DNA of 64,000 nucleotides from Paragordius varius (Eukaryota; Animalia; Nematomorpha), in NCBI GenBank assembly GCA_964247055.1, contig OZ176054.1, positions 12,524,001-12,588,000 on the forward strand, written 5' to 3'. How positions within the stretch are numbered: position 1 is the stretch's first letter; each line of letters opens with the position of its first letter. The notes beneath the pieces were generated by a model. It saw nothing but the letters and a program-made list of their open reading frames with translations. It was not told the DNA's origin and did not search any database. Positions 37,171 through 50,496 of the stretch are shown here, piece by piece. The translations under genes and the position numbers were made by a program.

Positions 37171-38901
37171 GTAAAAATTATACTATTCTTATTTAAATAT
37201 AATATGACTTAATTTCTGTTGATACCTTTGTATTTATCAAAAATAAGTGGTATTTTATTATTATATTGCCAAAAAGGTATATTTGTATAAACCTATTTTA
37301 ATGCATACAGGTAAATTCATTATGACAATTACTTATTATATTTGAAAAACGGATTAAAATATCCAAAGTATATATTGACATGGATGGCTTGAAAAGATAT
37401 TTTAGGATATATACCAAATTTTTTAAATAATGATTGTTACTTTTATGATTTTAATCGAATTATTTTTAGGTGTGTAACCTGTATTCGGATAGGGACAATA
37501 CTAAAATAATTAAAAAATTATGAATAAAACTTATAGCACTGTACAACAAAAAATTGTTTTATAATATATCATTTATTGGAGTTTCGAAACACAGCAATAT
37601 ACGTCTTTTGTGGGCAGAAGCGACACGTGGGAAACACTTTTAATGATAGACCTTGATAAATTTTTTAACCATATATCAATCGATAAAAAGCCTTAAAATA
37701 ATATAAAACTCCAAATAAATAGTTAATTAGTAGCTGAAATTAAGTATCTCATGCATGTTAAGCATATATATCAAAAAATATTTAATGGTGATAAATTCCC
37801 TAAATTTTATTTGTCAAGACAAGTACAAGTAAAATTGCGATAAGTTTTTATACTAAAGTCCAGGAAATTCTCACAAACAGATCCAAAAATTATACTTTGG
37901 CTAAAAATCGAACAACTTGGGATTTAGCTGTATAAGATTTTTAATGTACTCATCATTAAAATTATCGTTCGCCCAAATAAAATTGCAGTTAAAATTATTA
38001 TATTGAAAAATAAAAAAAGAAAATCACCCCTTTAAAACCTTGATTTTTTACACATAAACTCTGTATAATTGCCTAATTTAAAAACCAAATATAGCTATCT
38101 TTTTTAAAAATTACTTAGTTTTCGCATTCATGTATATAATCTCATTTTTTACTGTGAATATAAATTTTTGCTGCACAAAAAATTTGCTAAGATTCATTAA
38201 ACAAGTCTGCTAATCAATGGAAAGTTTAAAAAAACTTCAGCAACATGAAATGTTTATTATTAAAATGTTTTAAATATAACCGTTTAGTAGACCAAAAATT
38301 GTGGAAATTTATAGCAAAGTTTGCTTTCATAAAAGATTCATTTATTACTGCGTATAATAAATGTCGTTTAATTTTGCCTTGCCGCGAAAGCTTTCGTCAA
38401 TTTCAATATTTAGAATATAGATAATAATTTTTATATAATTTTAATGATTTTAAAATATAACAAGCACCCTATAAAGAAATTTTATATAATGCCGTATTAT
38501 AAATTTTTTTTAAAAAATCTTTATCTTTTAGCTATTTTTTTCCATAAATTTTTTCGCTTGGCAAGAGGCAAATATATATATGGCTAACTTTTACATTTTA
38601 CCAGCAAAATTTGATATTTTGATTTAAATATCACATTTTGGTTTTAATCGTGTTTGTGAGATGTCCCAATTTAGGACCCTATAAGTCACACTGTAAAAAA
38701 TAGCTTTTTTATTCAATACATGAACAATGTTTGATAATTAAGTTATAGCTAAAATAACTTTCAACCGTGAATTTTCAACATTTATATTGTATATAGAATT
38801 ACCCAAGTGTTATGTATGCGCAATATAGTTAATGTATAATATAAAAACATTTAATATAATTGAGAGGAAATGTGGTTAAATCTGAAATTTATAAGCTTTA
38901 A

Positions 38902-39453
38902 CACTTCGATACCCATCCCAGACAATATTTATGTTGATATTAAAAAAAACTACAACAAGTAACGGTACCAATTTAATTTATATTCTCTCCTAAAAAATAT
39001 ATAATTAAGCCAATATATTTAAATAAAATTTAGTTTTAAAAAAAGTTCCTTATCAAACCACTTGGACGCCATTTATATTTTGCAACATATTTGCAAAATA
39101 TCGTGTTTATTTGATTCTAAGCCTTAAATTAGTTTACCTTTTTATTAAAATCACACCTAACATTGATATACACAGAAAAAGTGGTATATTTTCCTTTGTT
39201 TTTATATTTAGCTTATGCACTCATGTCATTATGGCTAAATTTTACTTTTGGGTTTTACCCCTTAATAAGTAATATTAAGTGTTTTTGAATGAAATTTTTT
39301 TATCTTTAGGTTCATTAATGTTATATAAGTGCAAAATTTTGCCATGGTTTCAATTTATTCCATAATTTTTAAAATATTTAATTTTAAAGAAGCTTGGGGT
39401 ATCTTACCCCAATTTGTATCAAATAACTAAAATGAATGTTTTGTATCCAAGTG
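38902..39453. mobile_element. Family B MITE, complete
   Basis: TTAA|CACTTCGAT ... ATCCAAGTG|TTAA. Confidence 0.85.
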
Positions 39454-40449
39454 TTAATGCACTCTCAAGCTCTCCTAACTTTTTAACTCCAGGTTATCCA
39501 TAAAATATTTCATATCTATGACTATTGGAAACGAAAATATTTCAATACATCCCATATTTATTTAAACGGTCATCAATTACCCAACATCTTATCAAAGGAC
39601 ATGTAGCTATGATTTGTATTTAAGTGTTAAATTATAATGTACAAATGAGAAATAGATCAATCAAAATTGTTTACAATCATAACCTGGATTTATACCGCCA
39701 TGTTTTAATTTGCGTACTTTCAACATTTACGGACTGAACCTATTATGTTAGCAAATTTATTATAGACGATAAAGTATGTAACATTTATATCATTTAATTT
39801 AATATAAATTTTCCAATTTGTTCTAGGGATATCATGTAGTGGTTTTGTCCGTTGAAACGATTTCAAAGGCGCAATTTTCAGAGTTAACTTGATTACAAGA
39901 ATGCAGCTTAGCTAATTTTCTATATCAATGTTTAATAAAAAGTTCAATTTTTTTATCTGTATTTCTTGTACGTCCCTTAAGGACCCTCTAAAGAATTTGA
40001 AAATATTTCTCAATATTATTTTTAGGTATATCTTATTAAAGTAAATTTTATTGATGTCTTTTTCTTGTTGTATTTAATTTTATTTGACATAATCGACCAA
40101 AATGCGATTTTTGATTTTGCTTAATTACCAGAAATATTAAAATATTTTTTTTTGTTTTATATAGTCGGGGTGCTTTACATATTTATTAACAAAATTATTA
40201 AAACAAATTATTTAAATTTATTTATGACTAAATATCTTTTTTTATAAAAATGGGAAGAAAAATATTTTCTAATATTAAATCAAAAATAGCCATTTGTAAA
40301 GCCCAAATTAAATGTTAAAATGTGCTCAAGTTATCCCTACTGCTTACCTCTCTATTCGAAAATGAACTATATTTAAAATTAAAAAAAATTCTTGTAGATC
40401 CCCATATAGATAACGTATTAAGGCCTCTGATGATGCTAAACAATGATTT

Positions 40450-43400
40450 TGTTGTTGTTGTTGTTGAGCTTGTAGTCGGTTATCGACCATTAGCGATTTT
40501 GTAGGAAAACTTCCTCCATTCGATTCTGTCGTGAGATTTTTGAGATAGTTTTTGCAGTGACAATTTGGAAAGTGATAGGATTTCGTCTACCCAGCGAATA
40601 CGTCTGCGTCCTATTCCTTTCATACCATTTACTTTTCCTAACATAATATCCTTTTCCAAAGAATTGCCCCGAATAATGTGTCCAAAGTAACCGAATTTTT
40701 GTTTTATTATTTTACCCCAAAGCGTTGTTTGTGCATTAATTTTATTTACAATGTCGATATTCTTTATTTTGTCCTTCCATGTTATACCAAGTATTTTTCT
40801 CCAGCAAAACATTTCAAACGCGTTTATTCTTTTTTCGTCTTCACTTTTGATAGTCCAGCTTTCACATCCGTATAACATGATAGGAAAGATTAATGCATTT
40901 ACTAGTCGGATTTTTGTTTTAAGGGTTATGTCATGAGATTTCCATAACTTGTAGTGTGAGGCCAGAGCGCATTTGGCGATAGTTATGCGTCTTCTAATTC
41001 TTGGGAACTGGAGCTTAAGTTGTTGATAATGCTTTCAAGGTATGTGTATTCGTTGACTACTTGAATTGTTTCGCCATTAATCCGAATCGAGTCATAGGAA
41101 TGAGGGGAGTTGATATGTAAAATTTTAGTTTTGTTGAGGTTTAATGTAAGATTGTATTTTTTGCACACATTTATAAAAGTTCGGAGACTGTTTTCGAGGT
41201 TTGTTTGTGAATTTGCTAAGATAACCGTGTCGTCTGCGTAGTGGAGAGTCGTCAGATTGTGACCCCCTACTTTTATTCTTGGCAGATTTAGATCCCTCAT
41301 GATACATTCCAAATATATGTTGAACAACATGGGGGATAAAATGCAGCCTTGACGCAAACCTATGTTCATTGGGCTCCAAGAGGTCGGGCCATGCGGGGTG
41401 TTAAGTGATAGGTAGGAGTTGGAGTATATGGATTTAATTAGTTTGATTAAGTGATCGGAAACTCCTATTTGTTTAAGGGCCTTCCAGAGAATGTCATGTT
41501 GAACGGTATCAAAGACTTTAGAAAAATCCACGAAACATAGGTATAGCTCATTTTGGAATTCACAGTTTTTTTCCATTATCCATCTAAGGTTTGAGATCAT
41601 GTCTCGGCATCCTCTTTTTTCTCTAAAGCAGTGATACTCAAACCGCGGCCCGCGGGCCGCATGCGGCCCTAAGAGTGCTTTAAAATTGCCCTATGACCAT
41701 ATTACTTAAATTATTTTTTTATTGATGTAAACATAAACAAATTTTCGCTTATTTTAATATAAATTTATTTTCTTTAGAATATTATGTTTTATACCCAATT
41801 TGAAATGTAGAAAAATTTCCCTATAAAATGATTTCAAAATTTTGGCATACTTTGTTTCTCTGTATCTATTTTCTTTTCTATTTTGAATTTTTTATTCAAT
41901 TCCTTTTTGTATTTAAGCAAGCCTTTCACCCAAACTTCTATATACATATTCTTTTCATTGGTATCCTGCATCATTTTTAATAACTTATGCCCATAAATAT
42001 TTTTCAAATCAAGATCATTAAATTTCGACCTGTTTTTTTTATAGCATAATTCAAATTATATTCCTATTTTTTAATAAAATACATAATATTTAAACATAAA
42101 TTCAAAGGATGACATCTAATGATAAAAAACGTAAATTATCCGATAAAAATCGCTTAAAGAATGGGAAGCAAAATTTTTTGTCGTTTTAAATAAAAATGTT
42201 GTTACCTGCCTTATATGTAAGGAGAACATAATCAATAAGGAATATTTAAAATTTTTACCAATGAGAAATACACGAAAGAAATCGATTTTCTCGAAATAAT
42301 TAGAATTTACGATAATAATGGTATATCTATGAAAAAATTGGTTTCAATCTGCACAGATGGCTGTCCCTATATGATTATAATAAACAAAGAATTTAATCTC
42401 CTTTGGAAAAACAAAATAATTTGCGAAATACTCCTATTTTTTCCAACACTTAAAACGATTCATGAAGAATAATATGGAATTTACTGCGGAGATTAATTAA
42501 ATAACACACAATCTAACATTTCTATCTAATGAATTCAAATTTCGAGAAAGAAATATTTAAAAATTCTTATAACTCGTTGTCGTGGCATAAGGATACATCC
42601 AATAGTAAGCACCTTCAACATTTCGGTTTTGATCGGGCGCATATCATAGAATTCGTAGATTCTAAAAATTATTCTAATTCGGAGTCTATATTCAAGGAAA
42701 TCGTAGCGAAGAAAGATGTAGGGTTTTGGCAAGATGTGCCAAATAAATATGAAAATATAAAAAATGTGCTCAAGTTATCCTAACTGTTTTTCCCTCGACT
42801 TACACGTATGAGACGGCATATTCAAAAATGTAATATGTCAAAAATACATACATAAATCGCTTAACCGAATCAAATGGACGACATGTTAGGAGTGGCGTGT
42901 CATGAGGCGAAACCGAATTTGTCAAATTGGTTAATATCAAATGTTGTTATCAAAATATTTAAATTTTTGAAACTAAATGGTGCAAAACGCGATTCAGCTC
43001 GATTTACATGCGATCATCAAAAAATTCATTGTGCTGATTTAGAGAATAAATAGGTGCATATGTGTTAAATAGCTATGGAATATTTGCCATTAAAAGGTTC
43101 ATGGCCCTCGAAAAAAAATGTAGTTTATTTGGCCCGTCAAATTTTTTAGGTGAGTACCACTGCTCTAAAGCCTGCCTGTGTTATTGATATTTCCGGTTTG
43201 ACATATGTTTGTAGACGGTTTTGTATTATTTTTAAGAAAACTTTTGAGGTTTGATTGATCAATGCTATTGTACGGTAGTTTTCACATAGTTTAGGATCGC
43301 CCTTTTTGAATATAGGGACCACTAGTGATTTGTTCCAGTCCGTCAGGAATGTTGCCTCATTGAAGATTTTTTGAAATAATGAAAGAATTAATTTTATGGG

Positions 43401-43900
43401 AATGTGCCTTTGTAACTCGGTAGGGATGTCATTGAATCCTTCTGCTTTGCCGGTTGATGAATGAATGCTTCAGAGCCCATTCAATATCTTCTTTTAGTAT
43501 AGGAGGGTCATAAGTTTGTTCAGAGTTCATGGCGATTAGATTTGATTGTTTTGAGAATAAATTTTGGATGTATTTTTCCCAAAGTTTAATTACTCCTTTT
43601 TTATCGGTTAGAAGTTTTCCGTTTGAATGAGACATAGGACCTTTGTACATTTGTTTTTTGCGCGGTTGAATGTTTCTAATATAAGAGAAGTAGTTGTGAT
43701 TAAGTTTAGCAGCTTGCTCTAGGTTAGCGCAGATTGTATTATAATGAGATTCTTTGTCGGATCTTATTCTTTTTTGTAGTTCATTATTAATATTTTTGTA
43801 CTCAAGGGGAGTGCCCTTGGATTTTGCTACTCTTCTCTGTTCAATTAGGTCGATGCTTTGTTGTGATTTGGTAAATTTTTTGTTTTTTGTTGTGGCAGGC
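40450..43900 (-). mobile_element. 5'-truncated RTE-clade non-LTR retrotransposon (RT domain and 3' end), split by a hAT insertion
   Basis: WNKSLVVPIFKKGD..CENYRTIALI, QAGFR|..GCRDMISNLR, FVDFSKVFD, GLRQGCILSPMLFN, YADD, LYGCESW, YFGHIIR; (CAA)n tail at 40450-40466. Confidence 0.95.
41629..43162 (+). mobile_element. hAT Buster/SPIN-like DNA transposon, internally deleted and decayed
   Basis: TIRs CAGTGATACTCA and TGAGTACCACTG; perfect 8-bp TSD CTCTAAAG (41621-41628 / 43163-43170, central TA). Transposase remnants KKRK..EW..FV..CLICKE..KEY, LVSICTDG and FPSTYTYETAYSKM. Confidence 0.92.
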
Positions 43901-45379
43901 GGTATATATTCTTAATCCTGAAATTATGCGGACAAAAAGTAATAAAAAGACAAATATTTTTCTCTAAATAACAATCCTATTTTTTTAGATTGCGATCTAT
44001 GCAAATACAACTAACTCATCGTTTTTGCGAAATAAGAATCAGATGTAAATTGGTAATGCACTCAATTATATAATTTAAAATTGTCATTTAAATCGAGGTC
44101 TAAAAAAGTATGGTTGTGGTTTAGAAAAAAATATTTGTCTTTTATACGTTTTATCCGTATAATTTCAATTTTTACTATAAAATAAATGGAACGAAAGGCA
44201 TTTATGCGACTAAAAAAACTTTGGTGTGAAATATCTGCATGGGTAAACCGTTATAAAACATTTTTTATATGGAAAATGGCCCTTGAGATAAAACATTATT
44301 TCAGGCCCGACAAGTTTTTTTTAGTAGGCACCACTAATTTAAACTCTATGATCTCCATCAGTTTCCTTTTAATGGATAAAATTTCATTTGTATTTAGGCA
44401 TTCACGATTGTCATCTATGCAATGTAAAAACATAGCTGAATAATCGCTTTTTCATTGTTCCTGTTCATATTACAGTTTCATAATCAATCGACCTAAACAA
44501 AACAAAAAGATAACAAATATTTCCTAAAAAATCAATAATATATTTTGATCTAAAATTATTTTTTTTCATGATTTTATGTTTATACTTAGCTCAATTTATA
44601 AATCTGCATTCAATTTTATAATTTAACAATTAATTTTTAAAAGATTCAATAGCATATAATTGTAAAACTTTTGGTTATGTCATAGGATGAATAATTATTT
44701 AAGGGTGATTTGAAAAAAAAAGGTTCAATATTTTAAATGCTATATTATGGTACACAAAATAACGGCAAATAAATTTTTAATACTGACTTTTTGAACAGGC
44801 TAACAATTGCGCAAAAAGGTAAATATTATTTCTTAATAAGTAAGTAAACCCGAAATCAGGGGAAAAACAAATATATTGATATATGTTGATAATAAATGAT
44901 TAAGATTCCACGGTGCCTTAAGTTTTGCTACTTACAAGTTATTTAAAATATTTTAGTAAAATAAAAAATCGCAAATATACGCGGTAACAATTAAATGATA
45001 TACAATTAAACAATAAAGAGATGAGATTGATAGAATTACATTTTTAACACAATATTCTCACCAAACTATTTGGTAAGAACAGTTTTATGATCAATAATTG
45101 AAACTGACATATGAATAAGCAACAATAACCTAACCTCTGTAATTTTGTGACATCTTTACAATTGTACGGAGTTATTCCATTCTTATCTTTAAAATATAAT
45201 TACATTTAGTTCACAAATGGCTATATATCTGTTATTTTAAACACTTATTTTGTATTGGTATGTAAATTTTAAAACAAATTGAATCAAAGCATTTATTTGA
45301 CTAGAGTTTCAATGAGATATAAATTATATGAATGTTAAATCATTGTCAAATTAAGTGTTAACGACTTAAGCGGGTCAAT

Positions 45380-48300
45380 TTACGATTCATTGTTGCCTGC
45401 AGCATGCGTTTTATTAAGGACTTGCATAGTTTTTTCAAAGCCTTCCTGTAAGCTATACAAAGGCTTATATCCAATCAGCTCTTTAGCCTTTTTACAGTCA
45501 TAACTATGGTGTGTAGATAACAGAGCGACACGCATTGGTGTAAAAGTTAAGCTTGGTAGAAACTTTTTCTCACGCTTACCTAAAACGTTTTCATACCAAA
45601 ATGAGATTAACAAATTGAGAAAATGTACAACACATTCCAGCACATAAGCTATCACGTAAACTAACGTATATGGAATTCGATATTTGGGTGGATCGAATCC
45701 ATTGTGTTTCAATACCTTGGAGATAAAAGCCCAGAAAAAGGTTGGTTCATCATTCGTAATGTTAAAGGCCTATGTATGTGTATATGCGTGTAGAATAAAT
45801 TAATAATAATGTAGAACTATATTTATATGGACAAACGTAAATATATAAAGACATATATTTTTTTAAAGCTAACCACTATATATAACTCATTGTGTTAAAT
45901 TAAAAAATATGAAAAAGAGATAATAATCGTTGCATAATCAATTATATATTTTGCGTTTGTTATTAAATAATTTATATATGAAAAATTAAGGTTTAAAAAA
46001 GTATGGTTGTTTTTGAAAAAAATATTTGTCTTTATATTTTTTACGTTTTTTCCGTATAGTTTCGTTTTAGCTGTAATGGTAAAGTAAAAATTAAATGATA
46101 AATATAATAAGATCTATTTTTGAAAAAAGTCATATTTCATTGATCTTTATAATTATTCAGGTTATTATTATATACATAGCTATTGCTTATTTTGCAACCC
46201 ATGCTACATACTTTAAATTTTTTTTGTCATTTAAATTTTTCATACAGTTAAGTATAAATTTTTATAAATTAATTTATTTAAAAAATCGGTTTTAACATTA
46301 TTTTTGCATTAATTACGGATTACATGCAAACATTAAAGTATGATAATTTTAATGAAGTCCTACGTAAAATTTTTTTTTAAAAATCGCAATAATAAAAGAT
46401 AAAAACTTGGCCAGTTATCCTATTGTTATCTTCAAGATAAGATTCATCCATTTTTCGAATAAGCAGTATTATGGCATGAGCAATATTTTCCACATACGTA
46501 AAATCAACAATGTTATTCCCATTTCTTTTATAACGCAAACAAGTAAAAATAGATAGCTATCTTTTATGTAAAAAAGTAAAATTTTTTTTCAACACAATAA
46601 AGAAAATAGCCACATATATATAGTTAGGGTTTTTAAGATTAAAAATTTTAAATTATAAATCATTAAATAACTCCTTTTACAGTTCTTAAACATATCAAAT
46701 TCACCAAAAATAAATTATGTGTTTTCCAATATAACTCATTATTAATATGAAACAATTTATGGCATATTTTACTATTTAATATTATTTTAATTTAAAACCA
46801 AATTCATTTTTTAAAAATATATAAAAATATAGGTAAATTTTAATATTAAAAAAGATAATTATTTGAAGATGAATTCGAATTGTTCAAGGGTGAATCGAAT
46901 TGTTTAAGGGTTAATTCGAATTCTAGGTCATGCTTCCCCTTACAGTAAATTTTTCCCTATTAGCATTAAAAAATGCATATCAAATAACTAAATGGCTGTT
47001 TATTTCACTGTCTGTGTGGTATTTATACAAAACTATTGGTTTGTCCAACACAAATAGCTTGGCGGGCCGCATTTCCGAATCGAAATATCCCATTAAGAAG
47101 TATTTTTGTAGATTTAACCAAAAGTCTGTATAAACAACTAGTTATTATAAAAAATTTTGCTAGCTCATTGCTGTAAATTAGGAAATTTTGTTTAAGAAAA
47201 TTAATTATATTTAGATTATGTAAAGTGCTTTAATTCTCACGGCTTCAAAGTATTATATAACTATATTTTAATTCATTAGCATTCAAAAGGTTTAAGCAAA
47301 ACGATTTATTTTTTCCCACCCAATAATGAAACGCATTTTCCCTTCCTTAGCTGCTTTAAGAACTTGTGGAACCAAAAGGGGATCACCTGGCCCAAAAATC
47401 CCATGCGGGCGAATAGCTACAGTCTGCAAACAACCTTGTTGTACATTATTATTTGCTTGTAGAATGAGCTATAAAGGCGCAACACACTATATACCATTTA
47501 CAGTTCAAATTCACCCTTAAACAATTCAAATTCACCCTTGAACAATCTAAATTCACCTTCGAACAATTCGAATTCACCCTAAAATAAATTATGTGTTTTT
47601 TAAGATTATATATTACCTATATTTTGTTAATATTTATAAAAAAAAGAATTTTTGTATATAATCAAAATAATACTGAAAAAATAATAAACTTTGCCATAAA
47701 AATATATTTAATTTTAATGATGCGTTATATTAGAGCGAAGTTTCAAAATTTATTTTTAGGGTGAATTTGAATTGTTCAAGGGTGAATTTGAATTGTTCGA
47801 GGGTGAATTTGAATTGTAAATGGTATATAATCATGTACAACCAACCTTCTCCTGTTCAATCTTAGTTTGCACGTAGGGACTAATGTAATGAGTTGCATAG
47901 GGGAGCGTTTCTTTACCATTTAGTATGTCGGTGCCTTCATAAACTACACTGGCTGAGCTTACAAGAATTATTTTCTACCCATAAAATAATATTTATGATC
48001 AACAATGTACATTTCATTTTAAATTTAAATGTTTTGATTTGGTGGTCCTTCTAATTTTTGTTATCAATTAACTCTACAAATTAATTATTATGCAAGTTTT
48101 CCCTAATTCAAATTAGCTATATGCACTCCGATTCATTCATCAATAACTTAAAGTTGCTACAACATTTCAAAATGGTCCATACACAATTTTTTTGATATAT
48201 CAGGAGTGTTTTAGCTTTTTAAGTTATTTAACACTTTAAATATCCTGATCACCATAAAGTAGGTTCAAACAGATTAAATTAGTTTTTCAATCATTTTTAT

Positions 48301-48970
48301 CCTTAAGCTATTGCTAAGACTTAAACTTTTAATAGTTTCAATATATACTATTCATATTTTATTAATATATATAAGTATTAATTGTTAAAATGTTCAATTT
48401 CATCGAAAAATGTTTTAAAATAGATTAATGTCAATAATAAAATTTTGACTAAACTAGGAAAAATAGTATTTATAAAATATATACTTTAACTTAATTATTT
48501 ATACAGCATTTAATAAAATTTTTTGTTCCAATAACATTGATACAAATAATCGAAAAATGTTTTAAAATAGATTAATGTCAATGATAAAATTTTAAACTAG
48601 GACAAATAGTATTTATAAAATATATACTTTAACTTTATTATTTATACAGCATTTAATGAGATTTTTTGTTCCGGTAACATTAACTGATACAAATAAATCA
48701 TAATCATTGAGATATTCTGGTGGGGAAGCGCAATGAATAACTAAGCACTGATTAGGTAAGCATGAATTTAAAATCTAAAACTATTAACATTTTGAATACT
48801 GATTCATCACACAGTGATCCAACATAGTATTCAACATCTGGATTTTTATTTAGTGGTGGATTAATATCTAAAATCGATGTTTTGAAATTATTTTTTAAGC
48901 AATATTCAACAATGTGCTTTCCTAAAAATCCATTGCCTCCAATTACTAAAATATTTTTAGTAGAGCACAT
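45380..48970 (-). CDS. NSDHL: Sterol-4-alpha-carboxylate 3-dehydrogenase, decarboxylating (3-beta-HSD/extended SDR), ~367 aa; exons 48970-48800, 48774-48628, 47974-47846, 47468-47320, 46524-46407, 45769-45380
   Basis: VIGGNGFLG Rossmann motif, [26 protein letters not shown] catalytic Yxxx[49 protein letters not shown]. All introns are GT-AG with compatible phases. A possible upstream in-frame ATG lies at 49102. Confidence 0.93.
47494..47823. mobile_element. Family C MITE inside NSDHL intron 3
   Basis: TATA|CCATTTACAG ... TGTAAATGG|TATA; fills 330 of the 377 intron bases. Confidence 0.9.
48403..48698. repeat. 147-bp tandem duplication covering the 3' half of NSDHL exon 2 and its donor site
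   Basis: TCGAAAAATGTTTTAAAATAG unit starts at 48403 and again at 48550; the intronic copy has a 4-bp deletion and an in-frame TAA. Confidence 0.9.
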
Positions 48971-49832
48971 GGCATACCATATGAAAAATGTTACCAATAT
49001 GTGAAAATAAGTTTCAGTGGCATGAAATTTGCAAGGGGTGTTCAACACAAATGGCAGCTTTACGGGTTGCAGTTGTATTTTTTCCGGCTGGCCACAGTAC
49101 ATATATGGGCATTAATGATTTTTGCCACATTTTAAACATAAGGGTGTAAAAAAGCTAACAAATTATAATACTGTAATCACCGATTTTCCACTTTGTTGCC
49201 TAAAAGACGTCCAAAATTTGGTTAAATATCAAATAATGTAGGGATATTTTTGCAATTAAATTCTTTTGTTTTCAACAAAAGTCATTTGCCATCTAATAAT
49301 ATTTTCCAATAGCTAATAAAATATTCAATACAATATCTCAGAGTAATACCAAGCATGGTTAAAAGGTTAATATTATTACCACAATATTTACTGTAAATTA
49401 AATTTACTCCTTAATTTCACACTGAATAAACTTATGAATAATTACACTGTAGAGTAATTGGCAAGAGACGAATTAAATATCCTAATAAAATGATTGAAAA
49501 TGTATTATTTTTGGCTCTTTTTATTGTTATACAGAATCATATAAAAAATTAATATGCTATTCGTGGTACTTTAAGGAAAAAACATGATTCGTGCACATTA
49601 CTCTGCGTTCGCGATTGGGCATATAAAAAAATAACCTCATGAAATATAAATACTCTGATAGGAAAATGTATCAGGTTTATCATAAGGCTTTTGGTGTTGG
49701 CCGTAAATTAAGATATTTACACTTTTGTGGTCAGTGCTCTATATCAGAAAATGTTAAATGCACACTTTATAATATTTTTTTTGGTGAAAGATCAATGTTT
49801 CATTCCAAAAATCCCTTAAATATATCATAAAG

Positions 49833-50496
49833 TACATATAAAAGGTAAAATATTATTTTTAAAAAAATTTTAATTTTAGATGTTAGCTCCGGTCCAAAAG
49901 TTTCCTTTAAAAATGAGTCACCTTCTAACGTAAAAATGCCAAGATTGCGCGATAAATATTAAATATGAGCTGAATTTCGATATCAACTAAAAATATTCTT
50001 AAAAAAATACATAAATTTTTGAAAAGTTTAATAGCAAAATATTGTAGAAGCTTACTTTATACTATTTTGAGTCATGATAGAAACGGTATAGCTTTAAGAT
50101 ATTTTAAAAGTCTTCTATATAATTCGATAATGCTAAACGTTTCTACCACTTAAGAATTTAAATTCAATTTTTGCCTTAGAAATTTGGTTCTTTTTGTATA
50201 GAAACACAAAAACAATAAATCAAACAAATATTTCGATCAAAATTCTGAGTTGATAGAAATGTTTACCATTGAATTATATAAAAAAGAGTTTTTATAATGT
50301 CTTAAAGCGTTTTTATACCGTGTCCATCATGACAAAATATTATGAAGTAAAGCTCAATAAAATTTTGCTAAAAAATAATTTTTAAAAATATGCATATTTT
50401 TAAAAATATTTTTAGCTATATAAAAAAAGTTGAGACTCTCGAAGCCCATATCTAACAATTAAAATTTATTAAAAATATTGTTTTACTTTATATGTA
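49833..50496. repeat. Old ~660-bp inverted repeat / foldback
   Basis: TACATATAAAAGGTAAAA ... TTTTACTTTATATGTA ends; internal mirror GTCATGATAGAAACGGTATA vs TATACCGTGTCCATCATGAC. Confidence 0.7.
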
